The notes beneath the pieces were generated by a model. That model saw only the letters and a program-made list of their open reading frames with translations. It was not told the origin of the DNA and searched no databases. From Podospora anserina (taxonomy: Eukaryota), in contig CM030336.1 of assembly GCA_017654855.1 (NCBI GenBank), positions 744,001 to 808,000 on the forward strand: a stretch of DNA of 64,000 nucleotides. The letters are read 5' to 3'. Made by a program: the position numbers and the translations under genes. Positions 26,482 to 36,210 of this stretch are shown in pieces. The stretch's first letter is position 1, and each line of letters starts with the position of its first letter.

Positions 26482-27079
26482 TTACCGATTGTCCCTGCGA
26501 ATGAAGGAGTCCTCAACTAGGGGGTGGCTTCCCCTGACAATTTGTTGAAACTTGACGTCAATCTCGTCTTTGCATCGAATATATTGCTTCTGGACCTTGC
26601 TCCAGGAGATGCAATCCGGAGTATGACGGCAGACCTCAGAGTTGGGTGCTGCAACTTGTGAAACTGGCGATAAATGGCGTTCGGCAAGCGGTGGCCGATA
26701 ATGGTGTGAATCCTGTGCTTCCACTCCGAGCAAAGATAGACGTCCTCCCGGTGTTTCACATCGGTCTTGGCTTGATAACATTGAGTCATGTGCCATCGAC
26801 CCAGGACCTCCACAAGTCAGTCATCGCGAGTGTCGTCGAGCTGATCGTGCCACTCCTTCAGGGCAGCTATGTCTCGGGTGTGATCTTGGGGTTCCTGTCT
26901 TCCAACTCGATCGTGATACCGCCGTCATTGTGGCTCTCAGAGTCGAAGGGTGGCTCTCTGAAATAATCAGTGGTTTGTTTCTGCGGTTGATCATACTTGT
27001 TTTCTTCGTTCAGCCATTTCTCATGAGCCCAAGCATTGCTGGCTCGCACGGCGGCCGTAAAGGCTTTGTGGTCCTGCAT
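26482..27079 (-). pseudogene. Possible fragmented gene remnant of unknown family
   Basis: Protein-like text continues across three frames with a stop and frameshifts (MQDHKAF..NPKI / TRDIAALKEWHDQLDDTRDD*LVEVLGRWH..HPT / EVCRHTPDCISWSKVQKQYIRCKDEIDVKFQQIV). Confidence 0.3.
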
Positions 27080-27380
27080 CCCGTCAGGTTTGTTGTGTAG
27101 AATTCAGGAGAGAATGTACACCAAAAGAAGAGTAACAGATGACAGTCGGTCGAAGGTTTTCAATTTTCCAGGTGGAATATTGGCAAGAGATTTGTGGCCA
27201 GCAAGACCTTAACTAGGTAGAATCCCCCTAGACCAACCTACATCGTTCCTTCCCTCTGGTACCTACTTGGCAAAAATCACTATATACTATCCCTCACCCC
27301 CGCCCAAGACACCTCAGCCTGAGGATCGGCCCCTTTTAGGACCGACCGACCCCCTGAAGCTCCTCATTAGGGAACTGGAC

Positions 27381-28086
27381 CTATTGAACCAACCTCCGCT
27401 GCTCCCCATCATCTCTCTTCTCCTTCCCCTTAACCGGCACCCAAAGCCACAACACCTGCAAATGCCCCGGCGTGATCCCCATCTGATGGGCTCCCCAAAA
27501 GAACTGCCACACTGGCTGCACAGCCTTCGTCTTGCCCACCTCCTGAACCGAGAAACTGTCCCCGCTATCGTCATCATTTTCCGGAGCATCCGGGATGTCG
27601 TAGTAGCACCCCAGGTTCCCGTTGCAGAGGTATGGGTGTTTGAATCCTTGCTATTTCACGTACACCCAAAAATCAACATCGGTCTGCTAAAATTGAAAAA
27701 AGAGGTCACATGGTACTCACAATAGTATAATACCTCTCCCCATCAATCCCGGCCTTGGCCCCCTCGAGGCAGTGCCACGCGTACGTGTTCTTGCCGTAGT
27801 AGCTGTCCTTGTTGTTGGGCATGCTCTTGTCGTTGAACGTACAGACGCCCCTTGACGAGACGAGCATGTAGGGGTAGCTTTCCGTCCGCGTGAATGTGGC
27901 GCAGTTGGATTTGGACAGCAATCCCGACGCGGTCAGACAGCCGATGGTGTCTGTTGCCGGGTCGGCCGAGACGTAGGAGCTCGAGTTGAGGACGTGGATT
28001 TGGCCTTGGCCGACAAAGTCGTCTATTACGTTTGGGGATGCGAGTGCTGCTCCCAAGAGGAGGAAGATTGGTGATGAGGTTCTCAT
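27381..28086 (-). CDS. Small secreted Cys-containing protein resembling the C-terminal extension of fungal RNase T2 (Rny1-like), 2 exons
   Basis: Signal peptide MRTSSPIFLLLGAALA; GCLTASG..CATF..LVSSRGVCT..WHC. Intron 27651..27720 joins YYTI|QGFKHPYLCNGNLGCYYD..VLWLWVPV.., with stop at 27381. Confidence 0.7.
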
Positions 28087-29162
28087 TGTGTTGTTGATTT
28101 GTGGTTGGCGTGAAAAAATGATTCTTGTGAAGAGGCTGTTGTTGGTGAGATGCGAAAAGTGATGACGAGGCTCAAGAAAGGCGGGGGATCACATGGCCCT
28201 TTTATTCAGATCTGATCTCGAAGGATTTCTCGGCTGCGGGAGCACGAGATCATAGATCATCTATGTTGGTGCCAAAGGGAGGTGTGATTCGGACTGACAA
28301 AAACCGGGGATAATTCCTCCATGACCGCTTCCCAGTTCCCATCAATATGGGGCCAAACACAACCTCATCGCATGTGTCAGACATCTATAAGCCTTTTTCG
28401 CTCTGCTATAGCTGTAGGGAATTTTCATCACCAAACACAGTCGCGTCCAGACTTTTCCCTTCAGCGCGACGTCAAAAGGGCCCTGAGCTAGACCCAAGAA
28501 ACATTTAAAGTCGGTTCTGCCCAGTCGCCATGGTCGATCAGATATTACCTGCCAGACCTTGACAGATGCAAACTACTATGACAACCCCAGTCTTGGACAT
28601 GACCATGGGCAAAAGCCGAAAGTGACCAAGTGACTAATGCATGACTGTGGTAGGTACAGGTCTACAGCAGCCGACCGTTGCGCCGCTTTTCCCCGGATCG
28701 TCGCAGTAAACGGTCCTGAAGACAGGCTGACAGCTCGAGTTGGCTGGGCCGAGCACACCTTCCCCAACGGGCCGCCCATACAAAACGAGAAGCACCCCAG
28801 ACCCTCTTTCCGGTTGAAGTGAGCGGTTGAATGGCCGCGCTGGACGTCTTGATTAAATTAAATACACTCCAACTCTGCAGCTCGTTTATCTACAGCGAAC
28901 GCGGGGTACGGTCATGTTTCCTCTTTAATGGCAGGGGTTCGATTCCTGAGCGCGGTACTTGGTTATTGCTCTCGGATTTGTCATGATTAGACGTCCAAGA
29001 AAATCTAAAGTGCTGACGTGTGTGTCCATGAAACCTCTTTTGCTCTGAAAAGCTTGTTTCCGCACCTGCTTGATTTGGGGGTTTCCTTTCAGGGGTACAT
29101 TGACGGTGTAACTGACGGATTAAGGCCCTTTCCGGGAACTTGGATTCTGCTGTTGCTTTTTC

Positions 29163-30135
29163 TTACCAGCTTTTGACCTGCCAGATGCCCAGATGATCAG
29201 TTCCTTCTCCTTGCGGATACGTCCGAAAAGGCCTGATACGGGCCACTCGCTCCAGCGGTCCCTTGTTGGGCCGTTGCAGGGCCGATTGGGCTGCTTCGTC
29301 ATTATCAAAAACCCCGGTCCCACCGCCAGCCAACACATCGTAATAGATTCCTTCTCTCAAGGCCCATGGTGGACCAGGAAGCTTGAGGTCTTTGTAGAGG
29401 GGAAATTCGAGGCAAACCAGCTTTGCAGGTTGAGGTCCGAGCAATTCTCCCATTCGACGGCCCCAGTCTCGACGCATCTCCGGGAGGAGAGCACATAAGA
29501 ACTGACCGGTCAGCACAGCCCCGAGCGGACATGGCATGGCAAAAGCAGCAGACTTACAGTGTAATCATAGATAAGATCGAAACCCTCAAAGGTCTCCCCC
29601 TCGCGCACACACTTGCCCTCCCAGTCGCGCTTGAAAAAGTCACCAGCCATAAACGTTACCTCTCCCCGCTGATCCTTCGGGTACCTTTCTTGATTCCCCT
29701 CTCCATAGTTGTGTGCAAGGGGTGCATCTAGTTGCTTCGCGGCATAAGCCCTCGCAGTCTCGACACCGGTCGGTGAGACCTCAAGCCCATACACATCGAA
29801 CCCATGCAGGGCCAGCATCACGACGTCATAGCCTTTTCCGCAGCCCTACAATGATTGTTAACATCTCATGGCGCCATTCTGTGAAAGCCGAGTAAACATA
29901 CCGGCACCAACGCCTTTGGCCTCCTTCGCTCACGCGACGGCCATGGAGCAGACTCGATCAAGTCAATAAGGGCAGGCGATGGCTTCCCCCTGTCCCAGAG
30001 ATCGTTCTGCTGCGAGTCCCACAACGCCGACCACCCACTGGTCTGGGCGTCACGGGTTGTGTGATTCGCCTGAAAATGCTTGATGAGCTTGGTGGGAACA
30101 AATGGTTCCCCGGAGTTTGGTGTGTTAGAAGTCAT
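29163..30135 (-). CDS. SAM-dependent thiol/halide (TPMT-like) methyltransferase, 3 exons
   Basis: GWSALWDS..LWDRGKPSPAL, KALVP|GCGKGYDV, GFDVYGLEVS, GDFF, FDLIYDYT|FLCAL, LVCLEFPLYKD..GPPW. Confidence 0.9.
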
Positions 30136-30557
30136 GGTTTCGATTTCTGGTTCGTGGTCAGGGCAAGCAACACAATCAAAGGCAAAGGCGCAGGACAAAA
30201 AGACAACCCCTCTCAAATTATTCAACAGGTTCATAGGAATAGTTTCCCAAAAGTGGAGCCTAGCAACCGTGTCATGCCAAGCTGGGTTACATAAGCCATC
30301 TCCTTCTCCCCCTTTTCTACCCCTGAGATAATTGTTAGAGTCAGTGCTAGAACAAAAAGTCAACATGGGAGGGTTGGTGCAAGATGATAGCAAGCATTAT
30401 ATCAGCCACGTAGATTGACGATCGCCGTACCTAGTCGATTATTACCGAGCCAGCAACCGAAACATGGGGAAGCTCACTGCCCCCGCATTGACAACCTCCA
30501 CGCCTACTCCAAACGGAATATTGGAGACCAGCCCTTGAGGTGAAATCACTATACCAA

Positions 30558-30564
30558 TTTAGCC
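30558..30564 (-). promoter_or_regulatory. Candidate XlnR/Xlr1 binding site GGCTAAA upstream of the CE1 esterase
   Basis: tttagcc on the + strand is GGCTAAA on the minus strand, ~280 bp upstream of the ATG at 30845. A motif this short can arise by chance. Confidence 0.35.
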
Positions 30565-30844
30565 TCGACCAAACTGCAGCCTCGCTCACCAGCAATTCTG
30601 TTTCGAAATCATGAAGGCCAAGCCAGACTTTGCTGCGTTCATGTCTCCACGCCCGTTGAGGCTATATATCGAAAGGCCTATTTACCTTACCACCCGGCTC
30701 AAATCCGACCATGCGGCTCTCACCCACGGCAATCTCACATCTTCGCATCCCAATGTTCATAAAACACCATCCTCTAACCCATCCCACCACCATGACCCTT
30801 TCAACCACCACCGATCAACTACCAACAAACTCCCCCAGAGCATC

Positions 30845-31714
30845 ATGGCCAAACTCACCCTCCTCACCCTCCTAGGTCTGCTGACCCCAACAGCCCTCTC
30901 CCTCCGCCCCTCCCCTGGCTGCGGCAAAACCCCCGCCCTCGTAACCTCCTCCTCCACCACCACCCCCCTCCGAATAACCTCCAACAACAAACAACGCGAA
31001 TTCTTCGTCCGCCTCCCCCAAAACTACAACTCCTCGACCCCCCACCGCCTAATCTTCACCCTCCACGCCCTAGGCGGCACAGCCCAGCAAGTCATCGCCG
31101 GCCAAGGGGGCTACCTCCCCTACTACGGCCTCCCCCCCCTAGCCAACTCCTCCACCACCCCAACAGTCTTCGTAATCCCCAACGGCCTCAACAACGGCTG
31201 GCAAAACTCCAACGGCGAGGACGTCACCTTCCTCCGCTCCGTCCTCTCCACCGTCGAGTCAGACCTCTGCGTCGACCAGGACCTCCGCTTCTCCACCGGC
31301 TTCTCCTACGGCGCCGCAATGTCCTACTCGCTCGCCTGCTCGCTCGGGAAAGAGATCAGGGCCGTGGCCGCGCTGAGCGGGAACCCCCAGATCAGCGGGT
31401 GTGCCGCCGGCTCCGAGCCCGTCGCCTACTACGGCCAGCACGGGACGACGGACAACGTCTTGCCTCTGGCCCAGGCGAGGCAGATGAGGGATCGTTTCCT
31501 GAAAAATAACGGTTGCGCCGCCCAGGCTGAGCCGCCCGTCCCAGCGGCGGGAAGCCAGGGGAAGGTCAAGACGGTGTATACCGGTTGTTTGCCCGACAAG
31601 CCCGTCACGTTTGTCGTTTTTGACGGGGGCCATGTTCCCACCCCCAGGGAGACAGGCGAGAGCGAGACTTTTGCGCACAAGGAGACTTGGGAGTTCTTTA
31701 GTCAGTTTACCTGA
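30845..31714 (+). CDS. Secreted CE1-family esterase (feruloyl esterase C-like)
   Basis: Signal peptide MAKLTLLTLLGLLTPTALS; SPGCGK, PNGLNNGW, nucleophile elbow GFSYG, HGTTDNVL, FDGGH. Confidence 0.88.
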   Translation: MAKLTLLTLLGLLTPTALSLRPSPGCGKTPALVTSSSTTTPLRITSNNKQREFFVRLPQNYNSSTPHRLIFTLHALGGTAQQVIAGQGGYLPYYGLPPLANSSTTPTVFVIPNGLNNGWQNSNGEDVTFLRSVLSTVESDLCVDQDLRFSTGFSYGAAMSYSLACSLGKEIRAVAALSGNPQISGCAAGSEPVAYYGQHGTTDNVLPLAQARQMRDRFLKNNGCAAQAEPPVPAAGSQGKVKTVYTGCLPDKPVTFVVFDGGHVPTPRETGESETFAHKETWEFFSQFT

Positions 31715-31885
31715 GACCGTCAAGTGGGTAACAGCAGAGGGGTCATCAATGCATACGAAGTTTTTAGTTTCAAGTATTTTCATGTGCTCACTACTGCTCT
31801 GCTAGGAAAACGTACAAAGGCCTAAAATAAACCCATGAATCATCATCCTCAACAATCCGTCCCCACACCCTCCTGATACACACCC

Positions 31886-34800
31886 TTAAAACCTATCAAC
31901 CCCAGTAACCCTGTTCACAGCCTCCTTCACATACCCACTAATATCGTTATCCCTCCCACAATGCTCACACTTGTGCATAACCTTCCCCTGCGGCACATTT
32001 ACATTCCCAGTCCCAACACCACCAACACTCCCATTGCCAGTACCCGAACTCGCAGCCCAGGCTCCAGTAGCAGCAGCAAGAGCAGGGCTCACAAACTTAT
32101 TCTGCCCAGTCATATACTGCTCAGACTGTACGGGCTGCATACCCCTCGTCTTCAAGTCGCTGTTGTTGTTGTTGATGATGTTGCTGTTTCGCGGAACTGA
32201 AGATCTGTAAGCATTGGGCATCACCTCAGGGCTCATTTCCATAGCATGATCAGAAGGGCGGGAGACAGACTCTCTATACGCCTCAGGCATCACCTCGGGG
32301 CTCATTCCCTGCTGCTCATGCGGCTTGGTCACCGACTCCCGGTAGGTATCTGGCATGACTTCTGGGCTCATGCCCTTGGCCGTGCTGGGGAAAGAAGTAT
32401 ACCGGAGAGTGGCCGATTCGCCGGCAGCGGGAGGAGGGTTAGTAGCCTTGCCGGTCTCGGGAGCAGCGTGCACCGGAGGCGAGACAACCGTGTGGTGAGA
32501 CGACGGGTGCGCGTTGGTTGGGCTGGAGGATGAGGCCGGAAGAGGCAGGTCCTTCAGATGGCTATCGCGAGTGTCAATGTTGGAAGGCTGGCTTCGATGA
32601 TGCTGGGTGAAGGGAACACCAGTCGGCCCAGTGGGTGAAGACACGTTACGGTCGGACGAGTGCTGGTCATGGGCGTGGACGGTGGGCTCCGTGGCGCGAC
32701 GGGAGTTGTCCTTGGGCTTAATCTTGACGCCTGAGGGTGTTCCCGAGGGCAGCTTGTTGTATGGCCCAGAGTCGGTCCTGTTCTGCGAAGGACGGCTGGA
32801 CCCAGAGGCGGCAAGATCGTGTGCTCTGCTACCCTCGGTGGGGCCAGCATCTCTCTTGATACCAGATTCAGTACCGGAGGGGAGATGTTTGTACTGGCCG
32901 GAATCCTGAGTTAGATTCCCCTGGCGAGAGGTCTCAGTCGTCGAGCCGCGAGCCTTGTGTGCGGCCACGCCAGCAGCACCAGCGGCAGCAACACCAGCGG
33001 CAGCGATGCCGGATGCATTGCCGGAAGAGAGATGGTTATAGTTGTCAGGCTCTTGATTTATCTGACCCTCGGTTGAGTGGCGAGCGGTGTTCGAGTTATC
33101 GGTGGACTGGTCACTCTTCACGCCAGATGTGGTGCCGGAAGCAAGATGGTTGTAAGCACCAGGCTCCTGCGTGACAACACCAGTCCGAGACCCATGAGAC
33201 TCGGATTGACGAGCAGAGCCTAGAGCCACACCAGACGGAGTGCTAGACGAAAGATGGTTGTAGGCAGGCTCCTGAGTGGAGGATCCTGTGTAAGTATTGT
33301 TGGACTCGGATGGGTGGTTTGAGCTAAGCGGCTGACTAGAAGAGGCAAAGACATTGTAGTCACCAGGCGCGTTGGCCACTGGTCTGCTGGTATTGATGGA
33401 CTCATGGACAGCTGACCCACGAGGGCTGATGTTGGTCGAGTTTGACTGGACGCCAGAGGGCAGAGTGTTGTAAACCACGTTGGTGTCTGGGTGCTGGTTG
33501 GTGGCTGTGTTTGCCGCGGTAGAGTCCCTTGATTGCCTCATAGCAAGTGGGGCACCGCTGGCGGCCGCGCCAACCACGGCAGCGGGAACCCAGCTATGAG
33601 AGCCCTTCGGATCATCGCGAGGAGGGGAGGGCGGCTCTCTAGGATGCTCAAAAGGAGTGGAGGGGTCATCATGCTTGTGGGTAGCAAGTCCGACAGGAAC
33701 AGCTGTGCCGAGAACTGGGTGGGCAGGATCGTGCTTGTGAGCAAGTTCAACAGCATCGAGGCCGACGGCAGATCCAACCCCTGAGCTTCTGGGCTGCCTA
33801 ACTTGAGCTGTGTTGCTGGCGGGGGCTTGCGAAGCGAGCGGCTGGTTGGGGTGAGAAGAGAATGAAGGCTTCTCCTGCTGGGTATTTTGGTCCTCGGTGA
33901 CCTTGCCGTCCTTGTCCTTCTTGTGATGCAGCAGCCCAAACGCACCGGCACCTGCGGCGGCACCAGTAGCGGCACCAGCAGCGGCCTTGGTACTGTTGTG
34001 ATTCGAGTTATCAGTGTCAGTAGGGCTATCGGAAGATGCCCTGCGGTCCTTGGGCTCGCTCCTGCTTCCCTTTCTAAGGCGGTTGCGAGTCTTTGTGGTA
34101 CCCGTCGTGCTTTCAACCAGAACAGGCTCTGGCTTGCGCTCAGCCTGCTGCGCGGGATGCTCGTGGGTCGAGGTATCTTCCTGAAGCCTCTCCTCGTCCT
34201 TGTGCCGGCTGAAGATGCCAAGAACCTTGTGCTTCTTCTCGCCTTGGACGGATCGGCTCCGGCTCCTGTGCTTGTCGACAGACGAGTTGCGTCTATCATC
34301 CCGCGGCTTACGCGAAAGGAGCCCGCCGGCAGCACGAGTGCCCTGATCCTCACTAGTGCTCCTCGAGTGCCTAGCCTGAGTCTCGGTGTGGGAATTCTGA
34401 GCATCCTTGTCGTTCCTATTCTTGTCCGCCATGCCGTAAGCCGCGGCACCGGCACCGAGGGCAGCGGTGCCTGCAAGAGCAGCGTTGCGGCTGTTCGATG
34501 TCGACGTAGCTTCATCGTCGCGCGCGTTCTTGGGAGATGACGAAAGCGGGAATGCTCGTTGGGTGGGGGACTGTCGGCTCACGTTGATCTCACGGTCGGT
34601 CGGGCCTGAGCCAGGCGCTGCAACCAAAGCATTGTCCCGCGAGACGCTGTGGGGGAGCGAAGGAGGTGGGACATTGGACCTGTCAGTTTCAGAGAATGTC
34701 TGCTTCTGCTGCCCTTCAGGAATCTCCGAAAGGGGGGCAGCAAGCACAGCACCGCCGAGGCCGCCAGCCGTGGCATTCCTGTCGCCGGTTGTGGCAGCCT

Positions 34801-35545
34801 GGTTGTGGCGCCTGCTCTCTGCATCCTGGCTGCCGTGGCCGGATACTGAGTTATATACTCCAGTACCCCTGGGAAAGTCAGCGGTGCCGACGATGTGGGA
34901 TGTTTCGGAAGCTGCTGACCTTTGAGGGTGATGATGGTGCTGGTTATGGTCGTCCTGCGCGCTGCCATGACCTGTCACCGTGTTATAGATACCTCCGCTG
35001 GAAGCCTTTGGGAGGTCGCCCCAGTATGGTGGGTCGGAGCGTTGCTCGTGGCTTCGACGCGGGGTTATGTCGGTGCTGTCAATCGTGTTGTGGTCACGGG
35101 TGGCTGCTTCAGCCCCAGCGCCTACGGCAGCAGCACCAAGTGGCTTCTCATTGGCATTGTTCCTTCGGATCGGGAACTCTTCATCACTGTTCTCTTTGGC
35201 CAACTGTCTTGGTTGTAACGATCCATCATCTGCTGGCTGGGAGGTCTGGTAGGGTCCAACATCGTCTCGGACGTAGGTGCCCCCACCAACTGCTTCTGAT
35301 GGTCCAACCCAGCGGTCATTGTTGCCCTTGGCTGGTTGGATGGCCTCGGACTCGGTAAAGTTGACACCGGAATCGGTATGAGCGTGGCCGCGGGAATCGG
35401 TCGCCTTGGGGAGCTTGTTGAGCTCACGGTGGTGGTGACCTTGGTCTTGCTCTTCCGGGTACTGCCGGGGCTGCTGCACAGGTTCGTCGGCTGGAGTGGG
35501 TGGGATCGAGGAGGGGAAGGCCCCGGGAATGTGCTGCGCCGCCAT
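31886..35545 (-). CDS. Large hydrophilic low-complexity protein with internal repeats and a terminal CxxC motif
   Basis: ~1,219-codon uninterrupted ORF from MAAQHIPGAFP. Contains repeated YNxLxSGxxSG and MSPEVMPxAYRxSV units, and ends HKCEHCGRDNDISGY. Confidence 0.8.
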   Translation of the reverse strand: MAAQHIPGAFPSSIPPTPADEPVQQPRQYPEEQDQGHHHRELNKLPKATDSRGHAHTDSGVNFTESEAIQPAKGNNDRWVGPSEAVGGGTYVRDDVGPYQTSQPADDGSLQPRQLAKENSDEEFPIRRNNANEKPLGAAAVGAGAEAATRDHNTIDSTDITPRRSHEQRSDPPYWGDLPKASSGGIYNTVTGHGSAQDDHNQHHHHPQRSAASETSHIVGTADFPRGTGVYNSVSGHGSQDAESRRHNQAATTGDRNATAGGLGGAVLAAPLSEIPEGQQKQTFSETDRSNVPPPSLPHSVSRDNALVAAPGSGPTDREINVSRQSPTQRAFPLSSSPKNARDDEATSTSNSRNAALAGTAALGAGAAAYGMADKNRNDKDAQNSHTETQARHSRSTSEDQGTRAAGGLLSRKPRDDRRNSSVDKHRSRSRSVQGEKKHKVLGIFSRHKDEERLQEDTSTHEHPAQQAERKPEPVLVESTTGTTKTRNRLRKGSRSEPKDRRASSDSPTDTDNSNHNSTKAAAGAATGAAAGAGAFGLLHHKKDKDGKVTEDQNTQQEKPSFSSHPNQPLASQAPASNTAQVRQPRSSGVGSAVGLDAVELAHKHDPAHPVLGTAVPVGLATHKHDDPSTPFEHPREPPSPPRDDPKGSHSWVPAAVVGAAASGAPLAMRQSRDSTAANTATNQHPDTNVVYNTLPSGVQSNSTNISPRGSAVHESINTSRPVANAPGDYNVFASSSQPLSSNHPSESNNTYTGSSTQEPAYNHLSSSTPSGVALGSARQSESHGSRTGVVTQEPGAYNHLASGTTSGVKSDQSTDNSNTARHSTEGQINQEPDNYNHLSSGNASGIAAAGVAAAGAAGVAAHKARGSTTETSRQGNLTQDSGQYKHLPSGTESGIKRDAGPTEGSRAHDLAASGSSRPSQNRTDSGPYNKLPSGTPSGVKIKPKDNSRRATEPTVHAHDQHSSDRNVSSPTGPTGVPFTQHHRSQPSNIDTRDSHLKDLPLPASSSSPTNAHPSSHHTVVSPPVHAAPETGKATNPPPAAGESATLRYTSFPSTAKGMSPEVMPDTYRESVTKPHEQQGMSPEVMPEAYRESVSRPSDHAMEMSPEVMPNAYRSSVPRNSNIINNNNSDLKTRGMQPVQSEQYMTGQNKFVSPALAAATGAWAASSGTGNGSVGGVGTGNVNVPQGKVMHKCEHCGRDNDISGYVKEAVNRVTGVDRF

Positions 35546-36210
35546 GTTCGTCAAGGGTCGAGAGGAGGTTGTCAATCAAATCTGCACGAGGTGGTCAACG
35601 TCGTCACAAGATGCAGTCCGTGAGCAAAGTCTGAGGGAAGAGTAAGGCATGTACCACAAGGTACAGATGGGGGAGAGAGACAAGTAGTAATTATGCAGTC
35701 TATTTGATGTGCGTAGGCGTCATTCTGGGCCGGGTTGGGGCCGGGCAGAGCTACGTCAACGGGGTCTCTTGATGTGGAATTTCCTCGATTCCCTTCAGGC
35801 TTCATTGAGGGACCGCCGATCTTGACATCATCGGCTTGTGGAATCGTGGGGATTGACCAATGGCGTGTTGTAGAAAAAGCGGGCTCCCGCTCTGCCGGTC
35901 ACGCCTTGACGCCTGGCTTGGCACGCTGCTCCAACTGTGGAAGCGGGTGCGTCACTGGCGCTGTGAAACAAAAGATATTACCCTGATTATCAAACTTTGG
36001 AAATGCTCTCGTGCGTCAGAGCTGAGAAGAGCCATCATCGATTGGACGCCCGCTGCCGGCGTAACCGCGTGAGTGGTCTGTTTGGATGTATCGAGATGGT
36101 TGATTTTAACTCCGTGAGATGGGCTTGGCACCTGGAGATCAGGGGAACCCTAACCCTTTTCACTTTACATGTAGGCGTCGACATCGACAACAATCAACAA
36201 ACGTAACTGA

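Noticed and set aside
33538-34540. Long alternative-frame ORFs inside the repeat-rich protein gene
   Set aside because: Frame shadows of a GC-rich coding region.
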